Below, piece after piece: positions 28,569 through 41,718 of a stretch of DNA of 64,000 nt (position 1 is the first letter of the stretch; each line of letters begins with the position of its first letter). The translations under genes and the position numbers were made by a program. Below the pieces are notes generated by a model that saw only the letters and a program-made list of their open reading frames with translations, made no database searches and was not told where the DNA came from. The DNA lies in the NCBI RefSeq assembly GCF_009914755.1, contig NC_060934.1; one strand, written 5' to 3'. This stretch comes from the human T2T-CHM13v2.0 reference genome, Homo sapiens.

Positions 28569-29152
28569 TTAGTGAGCGCTTCGCTGGCCATAATGGCTTG
28601 TTTTTCTGGCCAAGAGACTTGATTCTCCCTGATTCAGCCGTGAGTGTGCATTTCCCAGGGTCAGGGTGACTAACCAGGACATCCGGAGAACTTTCTTCTT
28701 CTCTGCCCCACCCATCCTGCCTACTCCATTCTTGGGTGTCAGAGGCTGAGGCTCTGGCCCCAGTGTGAGCCCCACAGGAGGTCTTCAGAGCCCTCAGGTT
28801 GCCTCACAGCCAGCCTCCATGAGCATCTTTCTGTTTTCCAAGAGGGTGAGCCAGGGCTGTTCCTGTCAATGACAAGATGCTGGGACCTGGATTCACGTGC
28901 AAGGAGAAACCAGGCACTGGGGGCTGAGCGTCCAGCTGCTGCTGGGCTGGGAGTCAGCAACCTCTGTGCTTCCAGGGCTCACCCTCCCTGGCAATGGGTG
29001 GTGCCCCTTGGCTTTGCGGAAATTTGAGGCAATGAAAGTTTTTATTTCCTCTGGCTGTATTTTCTAGACATATTTTAACGTAGCTATAATCTTACAAAAC
29101 GATGAATTTTTTGTCCTGCTTTTAAAAAGATTTTAATTAGGTTAGAATATAA

Positions 29153-29478
<326 letters not shown>

Positions 29479-29619
29479 TTAAAACTGTATTACTGGAGAA
29501 AGAGACCAAATCTCCTCATAATACTTTTTTTGTTAATTTATTTAATAATAAAGATGAACATAAACACCTGTGCAATTCAGTGTTTAAAGTTTGCCAAGGT
29601 ATATGTATATATTTTTCCC

Positions 29620-29940
29620 AACGTTGATGCTGTGAGAAGCCCAAGCCATGGAGAGGCCCCAGGCAGGTGCTCTGGTCAACAGCCCAAGCTAAATGCCCAG
29701 CCAACACCAGCATCTGCAACCAGCCCTGTGCGTGAGGCTTTGCAGATGTCTAGTCTCGTCAAGCCCTGCAGATGTCTAGTCCCGTCAAGCCCTACAGATG
29801 TCTCCAGCACAGATAGAGCCTACAGATGTCTCCCCGCGAAACCACACAGCCAAGTCCAGGCGGAAAATGTGAAAGATGTTTCTACCAAGCCACTGAGTTT
29901 CTGGGTGGTTTGTTTTACAGTAATAGAGGAGAACCAGAAT
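29620..29940 (+). mobile_element. MaLR LTR fragment (MLT1-type) with an internal 26-28-bp tandem repeat
   Basis: aagccactgagtttctgggtggtttgttttacagtaatag end motif; (t(g/a)cagatgtct...) units at 29741-29835. Confidence 0.65.
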
Positions 29941-31283
29941 GGTCTGTTCCTGCACTCTCCAGTGGTCCCCTATGTTCAAACACTCTGCTTAGCAAGCTTC
30001 ATCACCCAACACCTGGACCTAATCACTCTGCAGGGTCTCTCACTGCAGTCATTTCTCAGGGTTACTGACATGCTAGTCTCTGCTAAGATGCTCACCTCTT
30101 CACCTTCCCTTAGTGACTGGCTGCTCTGGTTGATATTGTCTTTCCCTTCCTCCCGGAAACCCTCCCTCATTACCTCCCTTTCCCTAACAGTTCCAGCTCC
30201 TTGAGGTAAGGGCCTGTCTCTTCCACCATGGTGATAACCTGCATATGTTGGGTGCTGCATAAATTCTAACTGTATCAAATCTAGGACCCAACCTGCACAG
30301 TTAAGGGATTTACCTTGGGAATCTTCCCAATCTTCTTGCTAACATGGGCTACTTTTATTATAAAATTTCACAGTTGCCATTTTTGTCATTTTATGTCAAA
30401 AAGATGGTTTTAGCAACGACTAGGGAAGGGCACATAAGAGTCCAGCGTGGCACATGATCCAGTTCAGATGAACTTAAATGGAGCCTGCTGGAGGCTTTGT
30501 GGGATGAGACCCCATTGTCCTCCTAGTTTTCTTCCTGAAAGATTATGGAGTCTATTCACTAAACACTTCTAACTATCTTTTATATTTTTTTTTCAGTGGG
30601 AACATGAGGCTTTTGAAAAAACACAGATGATGAGACTATGTGCTCTTTTAGCCAATACAATGTGGGAAGTTTTTCTATTGGTTAAAATAATTCAGGTGCT
30701 TACAGGTAGCTTGGTGTGAATGTGGCCACAGACTCTCAGTTTGGGTCCTCTTATCTGTCTTCCACCTTCCAAGGCCAGCACACCATTCCTGAAGCCCAGC
30801 CTCACACCCTGGAGTTTATCCCTCATCCCTTGAGGACCCAAAGACAAACAGCCTTGCCAACGCACTAGTGCCTTGTCTCACCTCAACTGCAAAGTGGCCA
30901 TGGGGTCTTCACCAGCAGCTGGGGAAGATGCTCCAGAAACTGGCCCTGATAGCTTTGCCCTGTAACTTGGCTGGGTTGCAAACATTGTGGGTGAGATAAA
31001 CATGATCTCTAAGGCTCTTTTTCAGTATTGAAATTACATGTATGTCTGATCACTTTAAAGAAAAATGTGAATTTTTTCTTTATTAAAACAATTTTCCTTT
31101 GTCCTTATAGATCGTTTGTCATATTTTGCTTCAATCAAGAATTGAGTCAGACACAACCACTGGGCAGCTGACATGAGATCTGCACATTTGTTACTAGAAG
31201 AGCCAGAAGGCCACCCACTGTTCCTCCTAGTGAACCACTGGTAGGGCAGGTATGGCTTAGAGCCCAGTTTCATGCTTGACTAC

Positions 31284-31646
31284 TGATATGGTTTGGCTGT
31301 GTTCCACCCAAATCTCATCTTGAATTTTAACTCCCACAATTCCCACATGTTGTGGGAGGAACCTGATGGGAGGTAATTGAATCATGGGGGCAGGTCTTTC
31401 CCATGCTGTTCTCATAATAGTGAATAAGTCTCACGAGATCTGATGGTTTTATAAGGGAAACCCCTTTCGCTTGACTCTCATTGTCTTCTCTTTTCTGCTG
31501 CCATGTGAGACATGCCTTTCACCTTCTGTCATGATTGTGAGGCCTCCCCAACCACGTGGAACTGTGAGTCCATTAAATCTCTTTCTTTTATAAATTGCCC
31601 AGTCTTGGATATGTCTTTATCAGCAGCGTGAAAACAGACTAATACA
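31284..31646 (+). mobile_element. THE1-type MaLR solo LTR
   Basis: Starts tgatatggtttggctgtg and ends aaaacagactaataca; 5-bp TSD actac on both sides. Confidence 0.92.
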
Positions 31647-31710
31647 ACTACACAAAAAAGTCAGTGCATCAAAACAGAAAGAAGCCCCACGAGTACATTT
31701 GAAATTACAG

Positions 31711-31716
31711 TTTATT
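31711..31716 (-). terminator. Polyadenylation signal of the cathepsin L copy
   Basis: tttatt on + (AATAAA on -) about 257 nt beyond the stop codon. Confidence 0.7.
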
Positions 31717-31972
31717 TAAACAGGTAAAATTGTATATATCCTTTTAAAATGAAAATACAAAGTAAGTGAATCAATAATACAAACATGTTTATAGCAGTAA
31801 TTAAAATACAGGTAACATTTACCAGTGTGAAAATATCAGAATTCCAATCACACTTGGATCTTCAATGATTGAAGTGTGCATTCCACACAGCAGGGGCTGG
31901 TAGATTGAAGATAAATTCCTCCTTTGGATGTGCCATCCTCAGTCAAGTTCTTCCTCATCACCAACCATCAGC

Positions 31973-32072
31973 TCACACAGTGGGGTAGCTGGCTGCTGTG
32001 GCAATTCCACAGCTGTTCCTCCGGTCTTTGGCCATCTTTATGTAGCCATCCATGCCCCAGTTTTTACCCCAG
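31973..32072 (-). pseudogene. CTSL copy exon 8 (coding part)
   Basis: [32 protein letters not shown]. Confidence 0.9.
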
Positions 32073-32136
32073 CTGAAAGGAGAGCAGGTTTTCCATTTCA
32101 GAGGAAGGATAAAGCACACTGGGTTATTAACTTAAA

Positions 32137-32174
32137 CAGTGTGCCAGAAGCCACAGTGTGCCAGAAGCCACAGG
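32137..32174. repeat. 17-bp tandem duplication in the last CTSL-copy intron
   Basis: acagtgtgccagaagcc x2. Confidence 0.85.
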
Positions 32175-32586
32175 CTTAACATAAAGAATCAGGAGATGCT
32201 GATGTTCCTGTTCATCCCTTGTAAATTCTTGAGTCAAAACCTGCATATCGCTTCAATCCCAGACCCAAAACTGTGACCTTTCACAGAACTGCAAAATCAG
32301 AAACAGAAAAAGGATAGGATGTCTTTCCAGCTGATATGCTTCAGAATTAAGAAAATGTTCAGAATTTAGACATGCAATGGGACAAATACCATATTAATAT
32401 CCCCAGCATGCTTGTGACAGTATCTTGACGTTACAATCAATCATTAATATTCTGTGTTCTGCCTAAGGGTGAAAAAGACTTCTGGGATTTCAGAAATGTG
32501 ATTAAGGGCTTGTGGTATGTAAATACTGATTGCAAAAAAGGATTCCCTTTTGAATTTCAACTATAAGTCTTTCTGGCAATTTATAC

Positions 32587-32704
32587 CTGTTCTTCACCAG
32601 CCAATATTTATTGTTATCTGAGTCTGCTCCTTCATAGCTGTAGCCAACTACCAGCATAGCATGATCCAGGCCTTCAGGGTCACAGCGTGGCTCAAAATAA
32701 ATTC
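32587..32704 (-). pseudogene. CTSL copy exon 7 (catalytic His and Asn)
   Basis: [40 protein letters not shown]. Confidence 0.9.
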
Positions 32705-33296
32705 CTGAGAGAATAAAATGAAGGCTGGGTGAGAAGTTCCCAAGGACACCTGACAGTAACCCACCCTGTCTCCCACAGGGAGGGAGGCATCTCTAAAATC
32801 AGTGAAATGACACACAGTCCAGATAGGGCTTAACAAGATCTATTGTTATCAAGGCTAGGGAATTAGGCTCTCATCCACAACTAGCAGAAATAGAAATTAG
32901 CATAAGTCCCTCATAAAAAAACTTTCCTACAGGCATAAAAGACCATTCATTTTAAGCTTGTAATTCTACTCTAGAATATCAATCTTAAAAATAGCACAGA
33001 ACACCAAAATCCTTGACTCAAAAGGCTCTTTTCAGATTTAATCACAGAAGTAAAAATCTTTGGAAAAATTCTAAGAATACAACAATTAGTCAATATTTAA
33101 GTAAATTAAACTATACTATAAATAACATAGCTATTTATAAAAAGTTATGAAGTACAGGTATTCATGGAGATACGCTCAATGTAATATCAAATAGAAGCAT
33201 TGGGTATGATTATTGCGTGTACAGAGTCCATCATGCTGGTGTGTCATGGTGGTTTACTTTTTTTCTGCAATAATTTCTATGAAGAAAGATGCTTAC

Positions 33297-33459
33297 CTTT
33301 TTTATAGAACTGGAAGGAGACATGGCTTGCACCAACAGCAACAGAGATGGGCCCCACAGTTGCCACTGCCTTCGCCAAGTCCTTCTCCCGTGAAGGGATG
33401 TCCACAAAGCCAGTGTCATTAGCAGCAGAATACTTGGGATTGTACCTACAGGTTTTAAC
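33297..33459 (-). pseudogene. CTSL copy exon 6
   Basis: [22 protein letters not shown]...[20 protein letters not shown]. Confidence 0.9.
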
Positions 33460-33849
33460 CTTTTAAAGGTGAAGAGGGAGGCGACTTGATTACTACCATC
33501 CTTCTCCTGGGGAATGTGAGTCAGAACCACAACACTCAGCAGTTTGCAGCATAGAATTTCCAAGTCAACACTGTTACAAATCATCCAAGGAAGTGAAATG
33601 TTATTATTAATAGTTAATTTGAAACTGAAAATTAGCTCAGTTCTCTTCAGCGAGACCCCTAGGTTTACTTTCCGTAAGACATTTTTCACAATGGAGACAT
33701 CTGTATTATATGTAGAATGGTTTGTATATTCTCCGTGTCACATAGAAGCAAGAACAGCTGCATGTTAACCATGTAATCACAGAACTGTGCAAAGGCTATA
33801 ATTTATAATGACAACACTGTCACTTTGCAGATAGAGATTCCACCATCTA

Positions 33850-34251
<402 letters not shown>

Positions 34252-34382
34252 TTAGCTCATGTAGCTAAATACTCCTTTAAAAAGTGAACTGCATGTTGCT
34301 GCACAGTCTACCATAGCACAAATGTCAATTGCTTCTTGGCTTTCCTGGGGTGATGGGAGGTCTGAACCTAACACAGTCTCAC

Positions 34383-34529
34383 CTGATCCTTCATAGGAGT
34401 CATGTAGCCTTTCTCTCTCCAGTCCACAGATGTGGGGATCTCAAGAAGCAGGCGTTCCTGGAACTGTTTCCCCTTCCTGTGCTTCTGGTGTTGAAAACCA
34501 TTCATCACCTGCCTGAATTCTTCATTGGT
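34383..34529 (-). pseudogene. CTSL copy exon 4
   Basis: TNEEFRQVMNGFQ...SVDWREKGYMTPMKDQ. Confidence 0.9.
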
Positions 34530-34629
34530 CTTCAAAGAAAAGTAAATAAAATGTTAAGAAGCAAGAGATTAATTTGGTAAAGAACTGAGGAGGGGAAGCA
34601 CAGAGCTGGGCAGCCCACAGCATACTTAC

Positions 34630-35079
<450 letters not shown>

Positions 35080-35371
35080 TGATGCTATTTATTTCTAATT
35101 AAAACCCAACATATGCTAACCAAGTGAATCTTCAGACAGAGATGTAAGAGTAACCATGGCCAGGGAAGGCTTGACACTTCTAGGAGATGTTCTCCAAGCT
35201 GAGACACAACAAGGGTGTATGCCCATATCGTGCTCATAATCAGTGCTATTAAGTTATTGCATTAGGTTATTGGTAGGAGCCAGCCTCTAGAAGCCACTCT
35301 CTGGCCATATGATCCCAATAGCAATGCCCGTCTCTCTGGGGTTCCCCTGGACAGTTTCAGATGCCACCAAC

Positions 35372-35508
35372 CATGCCATATAATCTCTTGTGCTTTGCCT
35401 TCCACTTGGTCCATTGTGCGTCTAAACTGTGGTCACGTGTTAGAGCAGCTGAGGCAATTCCCAGGCAAAAGGCAGCCAGGAGGAGTGAAGGATTCATGTT
35501 TCAAAAAT
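35372..35508 (-). pseudogene. CTSL copy exon 2 (signal peptide)
   Basis: MNPSLLLAAFCLGIASAALTRDHSLDAQWTKWKAKHKRLYGM. Confidence 0.9.
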
Positions 35509-36559
35509 CTAGGAAGGGAAAAGAAATGAGGATCTGATTAGACCGATCCTAAAAAGCCATTTTACTACCCCCTGAGAAACTAGGGCCACCATGGTAGAAT
35601 AAAAATATTTAAATTATTCTTCCAAGCATTTACCTAAGGACTGTGGAAGAGGCCAAGGATGTGGCTGGAGAAAAACAGGGCAAGTGGAGGTATTGGAGGG
35701 ACCCACCAAAATGAAAAGCAGCCTGTCCAGAGCTGTAGGAGTTGAAACAGTTTTCTGGGATGATGATGACAGGCTACGAAAAGGACAGGAAGGTACCTGA
35801 TGGGCGAGAAGCTTAAGGCAACAACCGGGAAACTAGGAAACCGTTGGCCCAGGTTTTGTACCAATTGTGCTGAGGTCATCCAGGCAAAACCTCAAGAATG
35901 AAGACATCTAATTTCAAGAAGGGACAAAGGGATCCCCAATAATTGGGAAGTCACATCACACCTTGTTCTTGGCTAATACACAACAGAAGGTGAAGTATGT
36001 TTTCCAAATGCCCCTTGTAATGAAACAGTTCTTGAATGTCTTCCCAGGACAAACTGGGAAGGAGAGCACCCATCTACCGCCGTTCCCGCAGTCCTGCAGT
36101 CCTGCAGGTGGGCCAGTCCTGCCAACACTCCAGCTCCCCTCACAGAGCATAAACTGAATCAGGTGGCCGAACCACCGGAAGCCAGAGTCCCCAGTGTCCG
36201 CGCCCACACAGGGGTGGGTAGGCAGCTTCCCAGGCTTTGGGCTGGGGACCCAGGCCAGGTCTCCTGGCTCTTGCTCCCGCCCTCCGCTCATGCTCACTGT
36301 GGCCCCAGGACGTGGGCGATGTTGCAGGGAGCAAGGGGCGCCTCTGCCTGATTTGCCGGGGTCGAGCCTCCCTGTCCCACCCCCACCGGCCCTGGGAATA
36401 CTGCGGCCTGGCACTCCGGAAAATCCCTCACTCACAGAGCTGAAGGACTTGCTGGGTCCCTGGTGGCCCCTGTCCAATCTTAGCCCACTGGGGTCTCAGC
36501 TGCTGTAGCCACAGGTGGACAGGCACAGTGGGCAGGTGCTGGGTCCAGGAGTCTCCTGT

Positions 36560-36720
36560 CGCCTAAGGCCGCCCGAAAGCAGCTAATTGACCTCTAAAGC
36601 CCCTAGACCCCCCTGCCCCCTTGCCGCCCAGGCAGGCCCGCCCCCACCACTTGCCCGCTCTGCGATTGGCTGCGCCAGCCGCTGGGCGGGGCCTTCCGGC
36701 GTGCTGACTCCTGGCATGTG
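36560..36720 (-). promoter_or_regulatory. TATA-less GC-box/CCAAT candidate promoter of the CTSL copy
   Basis: CCAAT on - (attgg 36665-36669) between GC boxes (36638-36644, 36684-36691), ~1.1 kb upstream of exon 2. Candidate exon-1 donor GTGAGT on - at ~36435. Confidence 0.6.
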
Positions 36721-37067
36721 GAGCAGCTCAGTCCCCTTGCCTCAGTGGAACCGGGGGAGGGGAGCTGGGGGCTACGAAGAGAAGGGTCGGAGGTCTCCCT
36801 GGAGGGTTCGGATCAACTAAGTACCCTATTTAATGCCCTGGGCGGGTGGTTTATGAAAAGAAATTTACGGGAGCCCTGTGTGCATCTTCAGCCTAACCCT
36901 GCTTTTCCCTTAGGCCTAGAATTTTTGATTAAAATCTCCTGCAGGGCAGAGAGCCAGAGGACTCTAATCCAGTGGTTCCTGTTTAGTCCACAGCAAAGGT
37001 GCGGCCGGTTGGAAGAACGCACGGCCTGCAAGCAGAAGCCTTATCTCCCAATTAAGGGTGTAGAAGA

Positions 37068-37366
37068 ATCTGGGCGTGTTGCTGGTGTCTCATGCCTGTA
37101 ATCCCAGCACTTTGGGAGGCTGAGGCAGGCAGATCACTTGAGCCCAGTAATTCGAGAACAGCGTGGGCACCCTGGCGAGACCCCTTCTCTACTAAAAACA
37201 CAAAAATTAGCCGAGTGTGGTGGCCCGCGCCTGTGGTCCCAGCTAGTCGGGAGGCTGAGGCACCAGCATCGCCCAGCCCGGAAGGTTGAGGCTATAGTGA
37301 GCCGAGATCACACCACTGCACTCCAGCCTGGGCGAGAGGAGACCCTGTCTCAAAGACAAAAAAAAC
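37068..37366 (+). mobile_element. Old Alu (AluJ-like)
   Basis: Diverged dimer: gatcacttgagccc...gagaccctgtctcaaa. Confidence 0.85.
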
Positions 37367-37982
37367 AACTGGTAGGAAAACGCACCCTCAAAACACATGA
37401 TAAGATGGTCGAGACCAGACCCTAGGAGGGTGGGGATTGGCTGGGTGGGTATCCAGAGACCATGGGCGTTTCATAATGCATTGTTTCCCGTCTCCTCCAC
37501 TCAGCGACTCTTCTTCCCCTGAAGTCTTGCATTAAGTAAGTGAATGAATCAATCATCAAGTTAATGAAGCTCTGACTTTGTACTTGTTGTCCTTTGCTTG
37601 GTACAGTTGGGCACTGCCTTAGAAACAACCTCCAGGTAATTTTCCCAACTGCTTTTGTGAGGCCCAGTTTTCCATTTTAAAATCTAAGATTACCTCAGTA
37701 ATCTTGCTTTTACAGCAAATGGGCATGGAGCCTGACAGATATATTTAAACTAAGTTATGGACAAGCTGCCTGGTGCATTAGGTAGCATAGGAGCTAACCT
37801 TGTGGGACATCTCCCCATATTCGTAATATTCACCCCTACATCTATAATCAATAAATGCTTGTTTGGAGGCCATAGAAACTCTTCCTGAGATCTGACCTGT
37901 GTCTTCTGCTATCTGCCTGATTTCTCGCCACAGAACAGGAAAACACTGTGTAGGAGATATTGTGAATAGAAATATGAATATA

Positions 37983-38101
37983 GGCCGGGCATGGTGGCTC
38001 ACACCTGTAATCCCAGCATTTTGGGAGGCCAAGGCGGGTGGATCACCTGAGGTCAGGAGTTTGAGACCAGCCTGGCCAACATGGCGAAACCCCATCTCTA
38101 A
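37983..38101 (+). mobile_element. AluS left arm only
   Basis: ggccgggcatggtggctcac...aaccccatctcta, then AT-rich non-Alu sequence. Confidence 0.85.
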
Positions 38102-39944
38102 TATAATGTTTTTCTTTGTACAAATATGTTTCTTTCCATGGATTAAGCTAAGAAGTATTGTCCCTCTGAAATCAATATAAGAAATATTATCAGTGACATT
38201 TCTTTCTTTTGTGCACAAAGAAAAAAAGAGTTTTATTAACTTAAGGACAACTAAACTCTCTTACCTAACTCCTCAAATGTCACCATTAAAAAGGAATTTG
38301 AGATACAAACTAGATATAGTTGCATCTGACTTGTAGGTCATAGGAAATGAAAGGTCAATGGAAGCATAATCTTTGAGGGAGAAGAATGCAAGGGAGAAAA
38401 TGGAAAAGGTATTCATTTAATATTTATTTGCTGATTTTTGTATGATATGGTTCCAGAAATGACAAATAACGTGCGGAATTGAAAGACACAAAACTTTAAA
38501 ATATATATTATGGATATATCAAAGCATGATAGAGAGGGGGAATCTCTAAGTTTATCTAGGACATTTATCCATAATTCTACCAAAGAAGCGTATCTTAATT
38601 CATCGACTTTCACCTTGTCCCTCCTAAACTCCTATTACTTCTCTATTATTTAAATAAGACTTTGTATAATTAACTTCCTCAAACTATAAAAATATTTATT
38701 AGATAAACCTATGTATTAGTTAGACAAGTAAAACAAGATAAACTTAGGTTCTGACATTCTGATTGAAATGCAACACCTAAATGCAGTACATGATACAAAA
38801 CAGGCACCCAATAAGAGAAGTCATGGTCAATCATCACTATCATCATCATCATCACCATCATTATTTGCTAGATATTAATTTAGTTGCAAAGACTAATATG
38901 ACATGGTCTCTCTCCTCAAATGGAGAGAATAAAGTAGCCAGTGTTTGCCATGTTGAAGGCAATGAGAAACATATTGCCATAGAAATGTGAAAAGCTAAAC
39001 GATGTCATCTCATTCAGATTTTTCTCAAATTCATTTCTATCAGTCTTCTTGATAGAAATCTGAATGAGATGATATCTGGAAAAGCTGAAGCTGAAAAAAA
39101 AAGTATGCCAGGAAAGGCACATGAATAAGGAAAGGAATTATAGAGGAAGGAAGGAAAAGGATTTTCAAAACTATAAGGGTATTTAAAACTGCAGTCTGTA
39201 CAGGAGACTCAAGACAGCTCAGGACTGTGCTAATGCAGATCACTTTACAAGTGGCATGACATGTGTTTGCAGAACTAACAAGGACAAGGTCAAGGAAGGT
39301 GGGATACGCCATGTAAGGCACTTGGGTTTCGTGTATATGTGATGGTAAAGCACAGAGGGATTTGAAGGAATATTTTACCCCATTCAAAACCTAAAACTGA
39401 AGCAAAAGGAGAATTTGATGTAAGAGTCAGATTCCAATTATTTGGGATATGCAGGTGTCCTTCACTTCTTCATGCATATTTTCCAGTTTTTCAAAATGGT
39501 CCTTTAGTCTCCCTCATTTCTTAATTATTTCGTAATGCTGCTTAGTTTCTCTGAAATCCTGAGAATATGAACTACACAGAATATGATCCCAGCCTTGAAC
39601 TATGTTCCTAAATATGTTTTGATTTGTTTCAATGTTAGCAAGTTTACTTTCTCAAATAGATTGTAATCTCTCTGAGGGTGACATCATTTTGCAGGTAAAT
39701 CAATGGACAACAGAGCTCACTGGGGCCTCAGAACTCTTGTAGTCCTGTTCATTTATTTCATAGCAAACCAGGGAAAAGAGGCTTAAATGACTATCTAAGT
39801 GTGCAAAAGCAGCTTATTGCAAAGCAAGAAGACTTCTTGTCAAATCCTCTGGACTGTGTAATTTGCATTCTCTCTATGCCCTCATGCTGTTATGCCCTTC
39901 AGACTTGCATATAATCACATTCATATTTAACTCTTTGGTTAAGT

Positions 39945-40770
39945 TCTTTTTATTAATAGACATTTTAATAGAAAAAATTTAGATTTACAGAAAAATAGGG
40001 GAGATTGTACAGAAAATCCCCATATGACCCCAGCATACAGGTTCACCTATTAGTAGCATTTTTCCATTAGCATGGCATATTTGTTAAAATTAGATAATAT
40101 ATACTGATGCATTATTATGAACTGAAATCCATAGTTTATTCATATTTCCTTAGTTTTTATGTAATGTCTTCCACCTATACCATGGTGGCATCCAGGACAC
40201 TATGTTACATTTAGTTGTCATAACTCTTTGGGCTTCTCATGGTTATGACAATTTCTTAGACTTTGTTTTTGATGACCTTCATAGTATTGAGGCATGCTAG
40301 TCAGATATTATAGAATACATACCCTGTGTTGGGATTTGTTGGTGTTTTTCCTATTGATAAGACTAGTGTTTGGGGGAGGTATATTACAGAGGGAATTTGC
40401 TATTTTCCTTACATTTTATCAATGGTACATACTACCAATATAATTTATGACTTTTTAATTTTTTTTAATTTATGACTATTAATGTTGACCTTGATCTCCT
40501 GGATGAAATAGCGCTTGTCAGATTACTCCACTGTGATGTCACTGTTCTTCCCCCTTCCCATACTATACTCTTTGGGAAGAAGTTTCTTACACCAGTGCAC
40601 ACTTAAGAAGTGGGAGGAGTTATGCTTTCCCTCCTTTAGTGTTGACTAAGTAATTTAATTGGAATTCTTCTAAATGGGAGGTTTTTCCTATACTCCCTCA
40701 TTAATTAATTTATCTAAACACATATTTATATTAGCATGGACTCACATATTCTGTTTTATACTTGGGTTTA
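39945..40770 (-). mobile_element. Old L1M (L1MC-type) 3' fragment
   Basis: tttagatttacagaaaaat...catccaggacactatgttacatttagttgtca. Confidence 0.7.
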
Positions 40771-40834
40771 ATCATCATTCTTGATGACTAATAGGTTCAG
40801 TTTTAATTTCATCATTAAAATTAATGGAGGAGTT

Positions 40835-41182
<348 letters not shown>

Positions 41183-41356
41183 TCAATATTCTATATTTAT
41201 ATTCAATATTCTAAAATATTTTTGAATTTGTAATAAATTTTGAGCCAAACAGTTACGTATTTTGCAAGCCTGAAAAGATGTCTGCAGATTAGAGAACATG
41301 AAGATGTTGTCGTGTATTCTGTTTAAGTAACAACCCTACTAAGTCTATAATGTTAA

Positions 41357-41718
<362 letters not shown>

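Noticed and set aside
29530-30204. 224-aa ORF on +
   Set aside because: It overlaps a MaLR LTR and tandem repeat, with no recognisable domain.
38828-38862. Poly-His-coding (CAT)n run
   Set aside because: A simple trinucleotide repeat in a short ORF with no exon context.
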